DNA of 64,000 bases from Nannocystis sp. RBIL2. GTDB lineage: Bacteria; Myxococcota_A; Polyangia; Nannocystales; Nannocystaceae. The stretch spans positions 972,311 through 1,036,310 of the forward strand of contig NZ_JAPNJW010000001.1 in the NCBI RefSeq assembly GCF_026626745.1, written 5' to 3'. This document shows, one piece after another, positions 62,026 to 64,000 of this stretch (within the stretch, counting starts at the first letter, position 1; each line of letters starts with the position of its first letter). The notes under the pieces were generated by a model. That model made no database searches, was not told the origin of the DNA, and was given only the letters and a program-made list of their open reading frames with translations. The position numbers and the translations under genes were made by a program.

Positions 62026-62406
62026 ATGAAGCCGCAGAACCCGTCCGCCCTGCACATCCTGGCCTTCGTGTACCTCACCTTCAGCCACGTCACCGACGGC
62101 GAGCTGAGCCATGAGGAGATCGACACGATCGCGCGGGTGCTGCACGGCTGGCTGCCGGACGCCACCAGCGACCAGATCTCCCGCGTCATCGTCGACACCG
62201 CCGCGTGGGTCAACGGCATCGCCAGCGACGAGGAGCGGCTGGCACAGGCCGAGACCTACGCCCACCTCATGAAGGAGCAGATGAGCGAGAAGCAGCGCAG
62301 CGCGGTGCTGGTCAACCTCATCGAGCTCGCCCGCGCCGACGGCAAGATCACCGCGACCGAGGAGCAGTTCATCGGCCACCTCACGCGGACCCTCGGCCTC
62401 GCTTGA
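62026..62406 (+). CDS. TerB-like (tellurite-resistance/DjlA N-domain-like) protein
   Basis: ATG at 62026 (MKPQNPSALHILAFVYLTFSHVTDGELSHEEID ... LIELARADGKITATEEQFI). Confidence 0.5.
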   Translation: MKPQNPSALHILAFVYLTFSHVTDGELSHEEIDTIARVLHGWLPDATSDQISRVIVDTAAWVNGIASDEERLAQAETYAHLMKEQMSEKQRSAVLVNLIELARADGKITATEEQFIGHLTRTLGLA

Positions 62407-62423
62407 AGTAACGTTCGCCGCGC

Positions 62424-63239
62424 ATGCGGCCCGACGAGGCGTTCTACCTCCCGGACGGCGACTCAGACCGCGCCGCCCGCTTCATCGCCACCCCCTGGAC
62501 CCGCGGCCCCTGGGACCTGCGGCTGCAGCACGGTGGCCCGCCGACTGCTCTCATGCTGCGCGCCATGGAGCGCCGCGCGGGCGAGCTCGGTGACTTCGAG
62601 CTCGCCCGCGTCACGACCGACTTCCTGCGCCCGGTCCCGATCGCCGCCTGCGACCTCGTCGTCGAGCCGCTGCGCGCCGGTCGGCAGGCGCTCGGCCTGC
62701 AGTGCACCCTCGCGGTCGACGGCCGCGCGTGCGCCCGCGCGAGCGCCTTGTTCATCCGCCGCGCCGCCGTCCCCGTCCCGCCCGCGCTCGCGCCCGCGGA
62801 CGACCCGCTCGACCCGCGCGGCCTGCCCGAGGGGACCTTCGACTTCTTCCCCGACCCCGTCGGCTACCACACCGCGATGGAGCTGCGCCTCGGGACATGT
62901 CCTCTGGAACCTGGCTTCGGGGACGGGTGGCTGCGCCTCCGCGGTCGACTGGTCGCCGGCGAGGCGCCGAGCCCGGCCCAGCGGGTCGCCGTCGCCGCCG
63001 ACGCGATCAACGGCGTCGGCTTCGCCCTCGAGTTCGCCCGCTGGACCTTCATCAACGCCGATCTCACCATCTACCTCCACCGCGCGCTCGAGGGCGAGTT
63101 CGTGCGCCTGCGGACCCATCACGTCTCGCAACCCGACGGCCGCGGCCTGGTCGACGCCGAGCTGGGCGACCACCGCGGCCCGATCGGCCGCGCGCTCGAG
63201 GCCCAGGTGCTCGCGCCGCGCGAACCTTCGGACGGTTGA
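62424..63239 (+). CDS. Acyl-CoA thioesterase II-like (double hotdog) family protein
   Basis: TesB-like motifs (RGPWDLRLQHGGPPTALML, FFPDPVGYHTAMELRLG); contains a short in-frame element copy (LGTCPLEPGFGDGW). Confidence 0.6.
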   Translation: MRPDEAFYLPDGDSDRAARFIATPWTRGPWDLRLQHGGPPTALMLRAMERRAGELGDFELARVTTDFLRPVPIAACDLVVEPLRAGRQALGLQCTLAVDGRACARASALFIRRAAVPVPPALAPADDPLDPRGLPEGTFDFFPDPVGYHTAMELRLGTCPLEPGFGDGWLRLRGRLVAGEAPSPAQRVAVAADAINGVGFALEFARWTFINADLTIYLHRALEGEFVRLRTHHVSQPDGRGLVDAELGDHRGPIGRALEAQVLAPREPSDG

Positions 63240-63240
63240 T

Positions 63241-63367
63241 ACGAGGCGACGGCCCCGCAGTCGACCGCCCGCCCCCGCACCTGTCCCCGAGGACAGTCTA
63301 TTCAATTGGGGCGAGGCGACGCCCCGCAGTCGGCCGTCCGCCTCGCACCTGTCCCGGAGGACTGCCG
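63241..63367. repeat. ~70-bp direct repeat x2, each ending in a CTGTCCnnnnGGACAG palindrome
   Basis: gaggcgacggccccgcagtcgaccgcccgcccccgcacctgtccccgaggacag vs gaggcgacgccccgcagtcggccgtccgcctcgcacctgtcccggaggactg. Confidence 0.7.
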
Positions 63368-63368
63368 A

Positions 63369-64000
63369 TCAGACCAGCGAGTAACCGCCGTCGGCCACGA
63401 CGTCGGCCGCGGTCATGAACGACGACTCGTCGGAGGCGAGGAACACCGCCGCGTTGGCGATCTCGTCGGGCGTGCCGCTGCGGCCGAGCGGCGAGGCGCC
63501 GTGGGTCGACGACTTGACGTGGGCGATGGTCGCCTCGTCGAGGCCCATGTTGACCAGGATCGGCGTCTCGGTGAGGCCCGGGCTGAGCGAGTTGACGCGG
63601 ATCTTCCGCGGCGCCAGCTCGACCGCGAAGGTGCGGGCGAACTGCCGCACCGCCGCCTTGGTCGCCCCGTACACCGACATGAACGGCGTCGCCTTCTGAT
63701 GCAGCCCCGACGCGATCAAAACCACCGAGCTGCCGGCCGGCATCAGCGGCAGCGCCTTCTGCACCGTGAAGAACACGCCCTTGATGTTGGTGTCGAGCAG
63801 CATGTCGAGCGACGCCTCGTCGACCACGTCGACCGGGCCCATCACGCTGCGGCCGGCGTTGGCGACCACGACGTCGACACGACCGAACTTCTCCTTCACC
63901 GCGGCGTACAGCCGCTCGATGTCGGCGACGCGGGTGACGTCGGCCTCGACCGTCAGAGCGTCCGCGCCGAGCTCCTGCTGCGCCGCGTGCAGCGACGACG
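63369..64000 (-). CDS. SDR family oxidoreductase (3' portion; gene continues past window end)
   Basis: NAG, YGATKAA (YxxxK), PG...T motifs. The upstream in-frame sequence continues beyond 64000. Confidence 0.7.
   Translation of the reverse strand, partial: SSLHAAQQELGADALTVEADVTRVADIERLYAAVKEKFGRVDVVVANAGRSVMGPVDVVDEASLDMLLDTNIKGVFFTVQKALPLMPAGSSVVLIASGLHQKATPFMSVYGATKAAVRQFARTFAVELAPRKIRVNSLSPGLTETPILVNMGLDEATIAHVKSSTHGASPLGRSGTPDEIANAAVFLASDESSFMTAADVVADGGYSLV

Overview
This is a 64 kb window of very high-GC (~70%+) DNA that is almost certainly myxobacterial. The evidence is a C-terminal MYXO-CTERM sorting signal, FG-GAP and Cys-rich lipoproteins, an ECF sigma factor, a Ser/Thr kinase and TPR proteins. 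Most of the content is core chromosome: rpsF-rpsR-rplI, dnaB, the H+-pyrophosphatase gene hppA, pth-rplY-prs with tRNA-Gln, glmS, moaC, pntAB, tolQ-tolR-tolA-tolB, ppx, and two M16 peptidases. Accessory content is a hipBA toxin-antitoxin pair in an AT-rich islet, two HxlR regulators, a SWIM-SNF2 helicase cluster, and a NitT/TauT-type ABC transporter split by an inserted cassette.

The high GC content produces many long spurious ORFs on both strands. I therefore called genes only where the protein has a recognisable family signature, a signal peptide or native-looking composition.

The main finding is a dispersed family of at least 16 short tandem arrays built from the perfect palindrome GGACATGTCC (core CATGYCC) repeated with a strict 14-bp phase. 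A typical unit is CATGTCCnnnnGGA, with degenerate CCTGTCC/GGACAG variants. The arrays sit mainly at gene 3' ends and between convergent genes. Several also occur in-frame inside coding sequences, where they encode short inserts such as G-H-V-x-x-D-M or L-C-P-G-G-Q. They flank an inserted three-gene cassette, a partial gene duplication and the hipBA islet. Standard feature types do not explain them. They most resemble a new REP/BIME- or Rickettsia-RPE-like element family, or a phased binding array for a dimeric DNA-binding protein.
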